From: Antedon mediterranea
Taxonomy: Eukaryota > Animalia > Echinodermata
Reading direction: 5' to 3'
Length of the DNA: 64,000 nucleotides
Assembly (NCBI RefSeq): GCF_964355755.1
Contig: NC_092670.1
Span: forward strand, 11,828,795-11,892,794
Part shown: positions 36,609 to 56,686 of the stretch, one piece after another
Layout: each line of letters opens with the position of its first letter
How positions within the stretch are numbered: position 1 is the stretch's first letter
Notes under the pieces: model-generated
What the model was told of the DNA's origin: nothing
Database searches by the model: none
What the model saw: only the letters and a program-made list of their open reading frames with translations
Translations under genes and position numbers: made by a program

Positions 36609-39201
36609 TGTATTGAAGTAACATGCGTAGAACATGTTAGGCTATATATAGGCTATGTATTGAAGTAACATGCACAGAACGCATATGTATTGGAGTAACA
36701 TGTGCATAACACGTTAGGCTATAATATTATAGGCTAGGTATTAAAGTAACATGCGCAGAACACGTTAGGCTATATAGGCTATGTATTGAAGTAACATGCG
36801 CAGAACACGTTAGGCTATATAGGCTATGTACTAAAGTAACATGCTCAGAACACGTTAGGCTATATAGGCTATGTATTGAAGTAACATGCGCAGAACACGT
36901 TAGGCTATATAGGCTATGTATTGAAGTAACATGCGCAGAACGCATTATATGTATTGAAGTAACATGCGCATAACACGTTAGGCTATATAGGCTATGTATT
37001 GAAGTAACATGGGCAGAACGCATTATATGTATTGAAGTAACATGCGCAGAACACGTTCGGCTATATAGGCTATGTATTTAAGTAACATGCGCAGAACGCA
37101 TTATATGTATTGAAGTAACATGCGCAGAACACGTTAGGCTATATAGGCTATGTATTGAAGTAACATGCGCAGAACACGTTAGGCTATATAGGCTATGTAT
37201 TGAAGTTACATGCGCAGAACTCTGGCAGAACACGTTAGGCTATTATAGGCTATGTATTGAAGTAACATGCGCAGAACACATTAAGCTATATAGGCTATGT
37301 ATTGAAGTAACATGCGCAGAACGTATTATATGTATTGAAGTTAAGTAACATGCGCAGAAAACATTAAGCTATATAGGCTATGTATTGAAGTAACATGCAC
37401 AGAACGTATTATATGTATTGAAGTAACATGCGCAGAACGTATTATATGTATTGAAGTTAAGTAACATGCGCAGAAAACATTAAGCTATATAGGCTATGTA
37501 TTGAAGTAACATGCACAGAACGCATTATATGTATTGAAGTAACATGTGCAGTCCACGTTAGACTAGGCTATGTATTGAAGTAACATGCGAAGAACACGTT
37601 AGGCTATATAGGCTATGTATTGAAGTAACATGCGCAGAACACGTTAGGTTATATAGGTTATGTATTGAAGTAACATGCACAGAACACGTTAGGCTATATA
37701 GGCTATGTATTGAAGAAACATGCGCAGAACGCATTATATGTATTGAAGTAACATGCGCAGAACACGTTAGGCTATATAGGCTATGTATTGAAGTAATATG
37801 CGTAGAACGCATTATATGTATTGGAGTAACATGCGCAGAACACGTTAGGCTAAATAGGCTATGTATTGAAATAACATGCGCAGAACACGTTAGGCTATAT
37901 TATAGGCTATGTATTGAAGTAACATGCGCAGAACACATAAAGCTATAGGCTATGTATTGAAGTAACATGCGCAGAACGCATTATATGTATTGAAGTAAAA
38001 TGCGCAGAAACGTTAGGCTATATAGGCTATGCATTGAAGTAACATGCGCAGAACGCATTATATGTATTGGAGTAACATGCACAGAACACGTTAGGCTATA
38101 TAGGCTATGTATTGAAGTAACATGCGCAGAACGCATTATGTATTGAAGTAACATGCGCAGAACACGTTAGGCTATAATAAGGCTATGTATTGAAGTAATA
38201 TGCGTAGAACGCATTATATGTATTGAAGTAACATGCGCAGAACACGTTAGGCTAAATAGGCTATGTATTGAAATAACATGCGCAGAACACGTTAGGCTAT
38301 ATTATAGGCTATGTATTGAAGTAACATGCGCAGAACACATAAAGCTATAGGTTATGTATTGAAGTAACATGCGCAGAACGCATTATATGTATTGAAGTAA
38401 CATGTGCAGAACACGTTAGGCTATATAGGCTATGCATTGAAGTAACATGCGCAGAACGCATTATATGTATTGAAGTAACATGCGCAGAACACGTTAGGCT
38501 ATAGGCTATGTATTGGAGTAACATGCGCAGAACACGTTAGGCTATATTATGGCTATGTATTGAAGTAACATGCGCATAACACATTATATGTATTGAAGTA
38601 ACATGCGCAGAACACGTTAGGCTATATAGGCTATGTATTGAGGTAACATGCGCAGAACGCATTATATGTATTGAAGTAACATGCGCAGAACACGTTAGGC
38701 TATATATAGGCTATGTATTGAAGTAACATGCGCAGAACACGTTGGGCTATATAGGCTATGTATTGAAGTAACATACGCAGAACGCATTATATGTATTGCA
38801 GTAACATGCGCAGAACACGTTGGGTCGGCTATATAGGCTATGTATTGAAGTAACATGCGCAGAACGCATTATATGTATTGAAGTAACATGCGCAGAACAC
38901 GTTAGGCTATATAGGCTATGTATTGAAGTAACATTCGCAGAACACGTTAGGCTATATAGGCTATGTATTGAAGTAACATGCACAGAACGCATTGTATTAT
39001 TTTGAGTATGTCATTTTTCAAAACTTTCCCTGTACTTATAATACTAGTACCGCGATTTTTGTGGAAAAATGGCCAATTATCGACTGTTAAAAATAATTTG
39101 ATTAAAGTAACATGCGAAACATAATGTGTTCTGCGCATGTTAAATTAATATTTTAAGAGATTTTTTTTTTTAGGAAAATGTCGAAAATATTTACTTTTGT
39201 A

Positions 39202-39960
39202 ATTTCAATTCAATTCAATTCAACTTTTATTTCAGACAATTGTCTATATGGTATAATACATTACAAAGAAAACAAAAAAGATGAAGGAGAGAGGACCAAC
39301 ACTTTTATCTATTGTGCCTCTCTCCATTTGTAGTACATCAACAAATATTTATATATACAAATTAACATCTGTTTTCTCTTTTCATTATTCTTGTAAGAAA
39401 TCGGTAAGTCGAAATCCTCAAATATTCATAAAATGATGGAATATTGTTTTCCACAAACAAATTCCTCGCATTAACAAATCTGGGTTGTCCCAACAACCTC
39501 CGGAAAGCATCATAATAACAAACTTTAAGTTGGTTGATATCTTTTTTAAAATGATTAGACCATAAAGGAGAACAGTACATGTTAATACAATATGATCTGA
39601 ACAAAAAACATTTGATTGATTTGGAGCAGCAGTGATGAAAGTTTCCTACATAAAATATTACCTCTAATACATAGAGATCTATTTTGGCGTTTTATATCTG
39701 CCTCATCTCTAATATTCGAAGTTAAAATATGGCCTAAGTAGGCCTACGTAAAATGATTTGTGCGAGATGGTGCCTTATCACCCAATACTGTTTTAGGAGT
39801 CCCATAGATTCTACGAATAGTGGAACAAAACAGCATACAGTTAGACTTTTTATTATTATAAATAATATATGCTCAGATGCAAAACCTACACACGTGTTAT
39901 ATATTTTAATTGATATATGAATGTATAACTTAAAGCAAAAAGCCTACAATATACACAGTC
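39202..39960 (-). mobile_element. Degenerate LINE 3' fragment
   Basis: Translation FRSYCINMYCSPLW...LKVCYYDAFRRLLG resembles an RT C-terminus; (TTGAA)n tail. The same 3' UTR recurs on the + strand at about 42110-42202. Confidence 0.7.
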
Positions 39961-40164
39961 CTCATTCACATGTATTATCTATCATGAGATATCTATGCTC
40001 ACGATACATAAAGGCTGGTAATATCGTGTGTCGCTTTGTTCCCTACAGGGCCCGGCGGGTTGGCCATCCGGAAATAATCTAATCTAGTTAGTTTGAGGGT
40101 CTTATCCGGTATCTTGTCTATTTTCAGAAACGCGTTTTCTTTTGGCCTCATACTGTAATTGTAA

Positions 40165-41560
40165 AGCTTGGTTCCCACTAGAACGTAACGCAAGTACGTA
40201 AACGCAACGCAAGCGTTTTAACCAATGACAAGCGAAGTTAGTTGGACAGTTAGCAATCACAAGCAAATAAGTCATCGCTTGTGATTGGTCAATTCACTTG
40301 CGTTGCGTTACGTCCTTGTGTTGCGTCGCTAGTGGGAACCACGCTTAAAACATGGTTCCCACTACGCAAAGTAAAGCGTTGTTCCCACTAGAACGCAACG
40401 CAGCGACGTATCGACGCAAAGTGATGTATTGTGTAATCACAAGTGGGAACCGACGACGCAACAGTGCTGAAATATCGCAGGTTTGATTTCCCGCAGGCGG
40501 GGGCAAACACAATTATTAAAAATGCATTTTCTTACGTTGCGTAGGTTGCGATACGTTGCGTCGCTAGTGGGAACAAGCTTTAGGCCTACCCAACCTACAC
40601 AACGTAACAAAATGCCGTGAAATCAAATGATGTTTGCAACATTGTTGGTTCCAAGTTGCGATTACGCAACATATAACTTTGCCACAATACGTCGCTACGC
40701 TGCGTTGCGAAATTCCATGGCGCTTACGTTCTTGCGTTGCGTTAAAGTGGGAGCCGTAATTAAGCTTGGTTCTCACTAGCGATGGAACGTAACGCAAGCT
40801 ACGCAACGTAAGCAAATGCCCTTCTAATAATTGTGTTTTCCCCCGCCTGCGTGAAATAAAACCTGTGATTTTGCAGCACTATTGCGTCGTCGGTTCCCAC
40901 TTGTGATTACGCAATACAGCACGTTGCGTCGATACGTCACTACTACCCCTTTCACACCAAAACTCTGGAGTGTCTCCGGAGACACCCCGGGGTTTTTTTA
41001 CTACCATTCAAAACGTCGAGAAACTCCGGAGATACCCCTTTCACACCAACCTAGCAACTCCGGGGTTTATAAAATAAAATTGTAAATGTCGCCCTCTATT
41101 TTGTTTGTTTACATCGCGACGATCATTAGAATCATTTTAATTAATAATATGTTTAATTTAATAATTACTTTCAAAAGTCTCAGAAGCAATATAATGTTTT
41201 ATTGATACTACTTATTATTTTTTAAACCCGCTATATATTTTGTATAAATATTTAAAGTGTTTTGAAATTAAACTAAAGCAATGAGTGATCGTGTGAGGAT
41301 GACCTTTTGACCCGAAACACTCCGGAGTTTGATGTTGGTACCTTTCACACCAAAACACTGGGGTGTCCCCGCAGTTCGCTCTCCGGAGAATGTTCAGCTG
41401 TTCAACCCCGCAGTTTTAAACTCCGGAGTTGCTTGATTTTACCTTTCACACCAAACAGCGGGGCGTCAACTCCGGGGTGTCTCCGGAGTGTCTCCGGAGT
41501 TTTGCTTTTGGTGTGAAAGGGGTATACGTTGCGTTGCGTTCAAGTGGGAACCAACCACGC
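40165..41560. mobile_element. Cluster of PIF/Harbinger-like MITEs, including a nested insertion at 40944-41524
   Basis: 40165-40345 has AGCTTGGTTCCCACTAG ends and TAA flanks. Related copies lie at about 40373-40580 and 40762-41550. The latter is split by an element with TACCCCTTTCACACC TIRs and a TAC duplication. Confidence 0.8.
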
Positions 41561-41588
41561 TTACAACACAAACAAGCATGAACAAATA

Positions 41589-44500
41589 TAGTAGAGCAGT
41601 TAAGGCCATAAAAATAGCCAAGTTGTGCACTTTATTACCAAAGCATGAAACTTGCCACAAAGTTTCTTTGATGTATATAGATTCAAAATATCGGGGGGTG
41701 CCAAGTGTCCAACGTCCGGTATGGCGGCCATCTTGATTTCAAAATGGCCACCATAAAAACAAAAATTGTTCAAATCTTGGCAACTATAAACAGTAGAGAC
41801 TTGATTCTGGTGTTAAAATGTTTAAAAACCACATATTTCTATTTGCTCTAATGAAAAGTTTAGTCAAAAAATGACCGGAAATGACGTTTCTTCCAGTTTG
41901 ACCTTTGACCTCTTATCTGTATATCTCAGTAACTACTGATCATTTTCAATCGATTTTGGTGTCATTTTGTTCAGAATAGAGACATTTATATTTGTAGTAA
42001 TGAAACATTTTCACATAAAATGACTGGAAATGACAGATCACTGAGAAACAGCAATCACTGAGCTCATCTATGCCGACTTGTTTGCTAAACTGTGATGTAT
42101 CAATCGTTATATAAAAGTTTTGGTCCTCTCTCCTTCATCTTTTCTTTTTTTTTGTAATGTATTATACCATATGGACAATTGTCTGAAATAAAAGTTGAAT
42201 TGTTAGATGCCATTTGGAAATATTTTGGTGTAAAGTAGCATTCTTTCGTTGGCCTCTTTGATGTTGCATATGAGACAAGTTCGGAAAGTTCTCATTTTCA
42301 TGAGTTAAGAGAACACCGTCTTTCAAAGTACTTACTACAGTAGACCTACTTTCATTAGTCAGAAACTCAGATAATTCTAATTCTCAAATGTACTAAATTT
42401 TTATGGTAATGAGCCTTTGCTGTAAACCATATGAATCCTTTTCCTCGATTTTCTCTAGTCATTGATTTTTTAGCAAAATCCGAACCAAATAAATTCGTAA
42501 AAGACATCTCAATATAATTATTCAAGTAATCCTCAAATTAGTGACATGGACCTACAATATACTGTTCTGTACAAGACCTTTTTAGGCATCCACCTGTGGA
42601 CTTTCACTTTGAAGGTCTTGGTCTCCTAATCATACAAGAAACAATGTCTGATTTAATCAATCAAAGTAGTGGGTCCAGACCATCCACAGACAAAGAAGGG
42701 GGTATAAGACCACCCACAGACAAAGAAGGGGGTATAAGACCATCCACAGACAAAGAAGGGGGTATAAGACCATCCACAGACAAAGAAGGGGGTGTAAGAC
42801 CATCCACACACAAAGAAGGGGGTATAAGACCATCCACAGACAAAGAAAGGGGAAGGCCATCTACAGACAAAGAAGGGGGTGTAGGACCATCCACAGACAA
42901 AGAAGTGGGTGTAAGACCATCCACAGACAAAGAAGGGGGTGTAAGACCATCCACAGACAAATAAGGGGGCGTAGGACCCTCCACAGACAAAGAAGGGGAT
43001 GTAAGACCATCCACTGACAAAGAAAGGGGTATAGGACCACTTACAGACAAAGAAGGGGGTATAAGACCAACCACAGACAAAGAAGGGGGTGTAAGACCAT
43101 CCACAGACAAAGAAGGGGGTGTAAGACCATCCACAGACAAAGAAGGGGGTGTAAGACCATCCACACACAAAGAAGGGGGTATAAGACCATCCACAGACAA
43201 AGAAAGGGGAAGGCCATCTACAGACAAAGAAGGGGGTGTAGGACCATCCACAGACAAAGAAGGGGGTGTAAGACCATCCACAGACAAAGAAGGGGGTGTA
43301 AGACCATCCACAGACAAATAAGGGGGCGTAGGACCCTCCACAGACAAAGAAGGGGATGTAAGACCATCCACTGACAAAGAAGGGGGTATAGGACCACTTA
43401 CAGACAAAGAAGGGGGTATAAGACCATCCACAGACAAAGAAGGGGGTGTAAGACCATCCACAGACAAAGAAGGGGGTGTAAGACCATCCACACACAAAGA
43501 AGAGGGTATAAGACCATCCACAGACAAAGAAATGGGTGTAAGGCCATCTACAGACAAAGAAGGGGGCGTAGGACCCCCCACAGACAAAGAAGGGGGTGTA
43601 AGACCATCCAATGACAAAGAAGGGGTATAGGACCACTTACAGACAAAGAAGGGGGTATAAGACCATCCACAGACAAAGAAGGGGTGTAAGACCATCCACA
43701 GACAAAGAAGGGGGTGTAAGACCATCCACACACAAAGAAGGGGGTATAAGACCATCCACAGACCAAGAAGGGGGCGTAGGACCCTCCACAGACAAAGAAG
43801 GGGGTGTAAGACCATCCACTGATAAAGAAGGGGGTATAGGACCACTTACAGACAAAGAAGGGGGTATAAGACCATCCACAGACAAAGAAGGGGGTGTAAG
43901 ACCATCCACAGACCAAGAAGGGGGCATAGGACCCTCAACAGACAAAGAAGGGGATGTAGGACCATCCACAGACAAAGAATGGGGTATAAGACCATTCACA
44001 GACAAAGAAGGGGTATAAGACCATCGACAGAGAAAGAAGGGGTGTAAGACCATCCACAGACAAAGAAGGGGTGTAAGACCATCCACACACAAAGAAAAAG
44101 GTGTAAGACCATCCACACACAAAAAAAGGGGTGTAATACCATCCACAGACAAAGAAAAGGGTGTAATACCATCAACAGACAAAGAAAGGGGTGTGATACC
44201 ATCAACAGACAAAGCAAAGGGTGTAATACCATCAACAGGCACAGAAGGGGGTATAATACCGTCCACAGACAAAGAAAGGGGTGTAAGACCATCCACAGAC
44301 AAAGAAGGGGGTGTAGGACCGTCCACGGACAAAGAAGGGGGTGTAAGACCATCCACTGACAAAGAAAGGGTATAGGACCACTTACAGACAAAGAAGGGGG
44401 TATAAGACCATCCACAGACAAAGAAGGGGGTGTATGACCATCCACAGACAAAGAAGGAAGTGTAGGACCATTCACAGACAAAGAAAGGGGTGTAAGACCA

Positions 44501-45594
44501 TCCACACATAAAGAAAGGGGTGTAATACCATCAACACGCACAGAAGGGGGTGTAAGACCATCCACAGACAAAGAAGGGGGTATAAGACCATCCACAGACA
44601 AAGAATGGGGTATAAGACCATCCACATACAAAGAATGGGGTATAAGACCATCTACAGACAAAGAAGGAGGGGTAGGACCATATTAACCGAGGAAGCATAC
44701 AAAAAGAAGATACAATCAAAATACCACTTGGAAAACAATACATTGTAGAATAACTGAGGCTTGATTGTTGAAATATAAAGGGTTCTTTGTAAGGTCATTA
44801 ATAATATATTGATATAAACACGATCATCATAGTTTTCATTTGACATTCAAATACAGTCTATCTCGAAAAGAAGCTCATACTATCACCTTTTCGAGATTTT
44901 ACGGTATTCCATAACATGTATGTTATTTCCTCTGTCAAACTATTAAAACTTTTAGCGAATCAGAAGGTGCCAACATCATTGAACTAATGGTACCACCAAG
45001 CACAATGTTTACCAATTCTATGTACTATATACAATTTAAGTCCATTAATCATTTAATATAATTACGCCTATCAGGTCAAAGTTCAAAGACCAACAAAAAC
45101 CACATACAGTATATTCACCTAATTAAAAATCAATAAATAAATGTCAAAGGTCATAAATTGTATTTCCGGTCATTTTATGTGAAAATGTTTCATTACTACA
45201 AATATAAATGTTTTTATTCTGAACAAAATGACACCAAAATCGATTGAAAAAGACCAGTAGTTACAGAGATATACAAATACGAGGTCAAAGGTCAAACTGA
45301 AAGAAACGTCATTTCCGGTCATTTTTGGACGAAAATTTTCATTAGAGCAAATAGAAATATATAGTTTGTGAACAATTTGAGACCATAATTAAGTCTCTAA
45401 TGTGTGTAGTTGCCAAGATATGAACATTTTTTGTTTTTATGGTGGCCATTTTGAAATCAAGATGGCCGCCATACCGGACGTTGGACACTTGGCACCCCCC
45501 GATATTTTGAATCTATATACATTAAAGAAACTTTGTGCCAAGTTTCATGCTTTGGTAATAAAATGCACAGCTCATGTCATTAACTGCTCTACTA
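41589..45594. mobile_element. Academ-like non-autonomous DNA transposon with ~440-bp TIRs
   Basis: Termini TAGTAGAGCAGTTAA / TTAACTGCTCTACTA; 41589-42032 is inverted at 45162-45594; 3-bp direct repeat ATA on both flanks. The superfamily call rests on TAG...CTA ends, long TIRs and the short TSD. Confidence 0.75.
42677..44682. repeat. 30-bp minisatellite of about 2 kb inside the Academ-like element
   Basis: Unit ACCATCCACAGACAAAGAAGGGGGTGTAAG with recurring variants. Confidence 0.95.
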
Positions 45595-46289
45595 ATAGCG
45601 GAAAGTGTGATGTTGCAAGAATAATATTATTATAACATGCCTCTCACACACCACCGATATAATATAATAATAAGCTTCTCAACATTCAAACAAGTGCTCC
45701 TCTTTACATTACATAGCCTAATTAACTTGCCGCAAAGGAATTAGTAATTTCGCAAACATAAATTATTGAATTATATGCAGTAGTTGTCCTATTATTCTAT
45801 ACCTGCAACTAAGCTGCAATTCCGAGAATTTATTTGTTTCTTATTTGCATCAAGTTGATCTTTTAATTACCTACTTCAAAACCGATTATTTATAATGATG
45901 ATTTCATTATTTTTATAATTTTATTACCGTTTTTATTACTTATGTTGTAGAACTTTATTACTTATTTTTGTATAATTTTACTATTTATTTTTTTTAAATG
46001 TTTTTATTACTTTTTTATGTCCGTATAACTGTATTATTTATATTTGATTAAAAAAAAATTATCTTTATGCTTTTATTACATATTCTTGTAATTAAATATT
46101 TTTGAAATGTTTTATTAAATACTTTCGTATAGGCCTAGGCCTAAGTTTATTATCTAATTCATTTTATATATATATTTTGTTATGATTGTAATAGTATTAC
46201 TTACTATTCTTTAATCCATGTTTTAAGTAAAACACTTTCAGTAATTCACTCTCGTCGTATAATTGCATCGCGCGTTCTACGTAATCGAG

Positions 46290-46490
46290 TTAAGGCCAAT
46301 TTACACAGACGAGCGGTAAGCGGAAAAACGCGTAGCTTGTGTCCCAGTCCCTTCTGTCGTAGAATCTGTATTTATCTTGAGTGGAAACGGCCCATCCGCC
46401 GCTCCGCGTTTTATGTCATAAGGAATAACATAGATTCTATATTTTTATTACCGTTACCGCTCGTCTGGTAATATATAAATTGTCCCTTAG
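46290..46490. mobile_element. MITE-like inverted-repeat element
   Basis: Imperfect arms TAAGGCCAATTTACACAGACGAGCGGTAA...TTACCGCTCGTCTG...AAATTGTCCCTTA. Confidence 0.55.
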
Positions 46491-46511
46491 TTGTTTACGA
46501 CCCGTTACTAA

Positions 46512-46690
46512 AGCGTGGTTCCCACTAGCGACGCAACGCAAGGACGTAACGCAACGCAAGTGAATTGACCAATCACAAGCGATGGCTTATTCGCTTGTGA
46601 TTGCTAACTGTCTATAACTTTGCTTGTCATTGGTTAAAACGCTTGCGTTGCGTTTACGTCCTTGCGTTACGTTCTAGTGGGAACCACGTT
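46512..46690. mobile_element. Harbinger-like MITE, same family as 40165-40345, opposite orientation
   Basis: GGTTCCCACTAG TIRs with TAA flanks. A further diverged copy lies at about 47305-47450. Confidence 0.8.
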
Positions 46691-48189
46691 TAACCAAGCA
46701 TTAGTATTAATTAATTTCTATTTATTTAGGCCTAGGACTATGTTAAATGTTTGTGTGTACATCCTGTTCAATTAATGAAAATGGAGATTCAAAGATAATA
46801 AAGCGTTCCTAAATGATCATAATAAGTTTCGTTTCGTTTCGTTTATTTATTTTTTTCCACTCACTTATATATATATATTATATATATCATTTACATTTAC
46901 ATAACATAGTGGGTGGATGGAAGTCACAGTAAGTTCACTGAACTTTAAGTCGTGACTCCCGTATGCCTATAAGTATACTAACATTGCTACAGAGTAGACT
47001 AAAATATGAATATATAATAGTGAAAGTACATAAAATCAAAAAAAAAAAAAAATTAAATTATAAAAGTTAAGATAAACCAGGCAATTATATAATATAATGA
47101 TAAAAGGGATAATGATAACAATTAGAGTACAATATGAAATATAATTAAATATGGTATAATAACAAGTATAACGAGACAATGTAGCGGAGATTATTGAATA
47201 CCAGGGTGAAGGATTTAATGCCATGTATCACCACCAAATAAGTGATGAAAGAATTCGATACTCACTGTAGGCCTACTTTATATACAAATTTTGTTCTCTC
47301 TAATGTTTGGTTCCCATTAGGACGCAACGCAAGTACTTATACGCACGCATGCAAGTTGATCAATGACAAGCGACAATTCGAATAATCCATCGCTTGTGAT
47401 TGGTCAAATCGCTTACATACTTGCGTTGCGTCCTAGTGGGAACCAAGCTTAAGAGCCGTAGTAAAAAATGCGCTAAAAAAATCTTTTTACTTTTCTTTCT
47501 ATATTTAAATGGTGGCCATGACTTAAAGATTGGTTTCAATCGTATTTTTGTGACCTACCGCACACTGTTTTAGCCTCTTTATAGTATATTTAATTTTCTT
47601 TTTTACTACTTATTATTAATTGTGTGTTGTAAACAAATAAACCAAACAAACAAAAACTCACCAAAATTTTTAAGCAACAAAATATTGTAACCGTCTTTAT
47701 TGATGTAAAACCAATAAAGAGTGAAATTCACTCTTTCCTGGTAAAACGTACCTGCAATATGGTACGGAAAATAAAGAGTTTCGCGTCGGGGGACATCATA
47801 GTAGCCTATATCATTACTTTATTTTATAGGCATAAAACTCGGCATTTACGCTCCGAACACTTTTATCTATAATTAATTTTTATTATGAGTTTATTGTTTC
47901 ATAGGTGTTGGGATTGGAAGTTTGACGCTATGACAATGCCGTTACTTTTTGCTGGTACTAGTATCGATATAAAAAAGATATTATTTGCGAGCGTAGTTTA
48001 ATTCCGTCGCTAACCCAATAGCAATTAGTTTATTTTATACATCATCGTAAATTCGTAAGTACTTATACTATGTTTTATTTGATTCTTATACTATATTAAT
48101 TTAACTTGGCAAAATTATTTATTTTAAACTTATTTATTATAATGTCTTTAGGAACATGTGGTCAATGATTACCAAAAGTAAATTAATCA

Positions 48190-48440
48190 CTGTCCTATCA
48201 GATACAGAGGCTATTTTGTGAACCAGTTAACCGGGGTAACTCTTACTCGTCTCGAATGATGAACTGGGTTCTTTAAAGTGCACATGGGTTATAACTGTGT
48301 ACACTGGACCTACGGTTTATAGTCCTTATCCGCAGACTTCACCACCACTGGCACTACCAGAACTAGGAGCGAGTCGACCTGGAACCCATGCCAATACTGT
48401 TGAGGTAAAGGTAAACGGTGGCCATTTGACTCGCTCAACT
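48190..48440 (-). mobile_element. Deu/Nin-domain-like SINE
   Basis: Minus strand GGATAAGGACTATAAACCGTAGGTCC...TAAAGAACCCAG...GAGTTACCCCGG resembles the conserved central Deu/Nin SINE domain (recognised from memory, not aligned). Confidence 0.5.
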
Positions 48441-50106
48441 TATCACAAAAAAAATTTTGTTGTTATTAAACTTTTAATTTTAATAATAATATTATATTAA
48501 TCACATTTAGAATTTTTAAAGTTCCACTGTAACGATTATAAAACTATTTAAAATTTGAATTGACTTAATGACAGTTTTTCCTTTTTGGACAATATTTATT
48601 CGTTGATTACTTAATTTTAATTATTTAGAAAAAAATCCCAGTTTGATAAATACTCAAACTTACATTATGTATTAGGCCGTATAGTTATGTACCGTGATAA
48701 GCCGTAGTCCAGTAATATTATATTATCATTTACGGATCGTACTTATTTTTTTTCATTTCTTCATCACATTTATTCAATTAGTTTAAATAGAAATTGTCTA
48801 TTCGAAAAAAATAAGTCTTAATAGCAATTGTCTATTCGAACGAAATAAGTTTTAATATTCATTCAAACACTTTGCAAAAAGGTTACTGAGAGATGTTTAC
48901 TTCTTTTTACATGTTTTTGAAGCAGTTCTCTTTAAGGAGATATTTTTCTCAACCTCTGAACTACATTTCATTCTGTGAAAAAATACATCGAGTCTTGTCT
49001 CTTATTGTTGCAGTTAAAAATGTATTGTTTACAATTATAGTAAATTTACTGGTTTAGGTATCTTTTATTTTACCATATTTTACTATCTTTTATTTTTTTC
49101 TGAATCGTATTTAAATAGTATGTAAATCAAAATGTAAACCAACCAACCAAATTTCATTTGTTTTTTATTTTTTTATTTTTTATTTTATTCAATTTCCAGG
49201 CACAAATAACAACGTATAAAACATAATAGCGCTGCAGCACCCTGAGGATTGCTATGAGTGCTGAGCACTATCGAATTGGCTCTCCATACTGCACTTAAAA
49301 TGTTGTTGTTAAAATGACAATAAATAATAATCGTATCATATCGTAAAGCGCTAAATCAACTTCTATTGCTATTTTTTTTAAAGAACTCAAAACGCATCTT
49401 TCTAACATCCAATATAAGCGCCTTTGATTTTTACTTCGTTTTAGTTGTTTATGGCGCTATACAAATACCTAAATTATTATTATTATATTATTAAATCATT
49501 TTCTCTATAATAGTTTAATCAGAGAAGAGTGAAATTAATCATTCCATTAAAGTTGCTGTTCTCTTGCATTCTCGGATCCCACTATCACTTTATGATAAAT
49601 AAAATAAACGTTCCATTCTAACTTTTAAATGTTTAAATGTAAAAACCTCAAAATCGTCAGCATGATGCGAGTGGGTTACGACGACGACGTGAGAACGGTG
49701 TAGACCAAGTCAATCATTGGCTCCTGAATCATCTGCTGGTATTCTAGCCTACAATTTATAATTAATTGTATCACAATATTTGTTTTGCCGAGCTTTGTAG
49801 GCCTACATATATTATAAAGTATTTGTTGTTGTTGATAATAAGAACAGAGATAGTGAGGGTATATTTCTTACAACAAATTCAGATTTGAATACCAATTTGT
49901 GAATTAATTATAGATTTTATTAATGTATATAAGTTTACTGTATTGCAATTATTAATTCATATCGAAACCCTAAATAAATAAATTCATAAGAAACATGAAC
50001 ATATTTAATACTATGAAAACAACATTAATTAAAATCAATGTATAATTTGACGGATTTTGTTTCTTATGTACACAATTTGTTTTTGCAGATTTAACAAACC
50101 GAAGTC

Positions 50107-56686
<6,580 letters not shown>

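Larger units (their letters stand above)
34348..38995. repeat. Satellite array of mixed 45-bp and 33-bp units, interrupted by LINE fragments at 35103-36608
   Basis: Core TATGTATTGAAGTAACATGCGCAGAAC followed by either ACGTTAGGCTATATAGGC or GCATTA, repeated head to tail. Confidence 0.95.

Noticed and set aside
34348-38995. CRISPR-like appearance of a constant ~27-bp core with intervening segments
   Set aside because: The intervening segments are only two recurring short types, not unique spacers. There are no cas genes and the context is eukaryotic, so this is a satellite.
34289-39138. ORFs with repeating CSAHVTSIHSLYSLT / LCIEVTCAEHVRLYR peptides
   Set aside because: They are by-products of 45- and 33-bp units being multiples of three, with no splice or start context.
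42596-44846. Long overlapping ORFs of up to 394 aa on both strands
   Set aside because: They are translations of a 30-bp minisatellite, open in several frames and broken by 1-bp indels; not accepted as genes.
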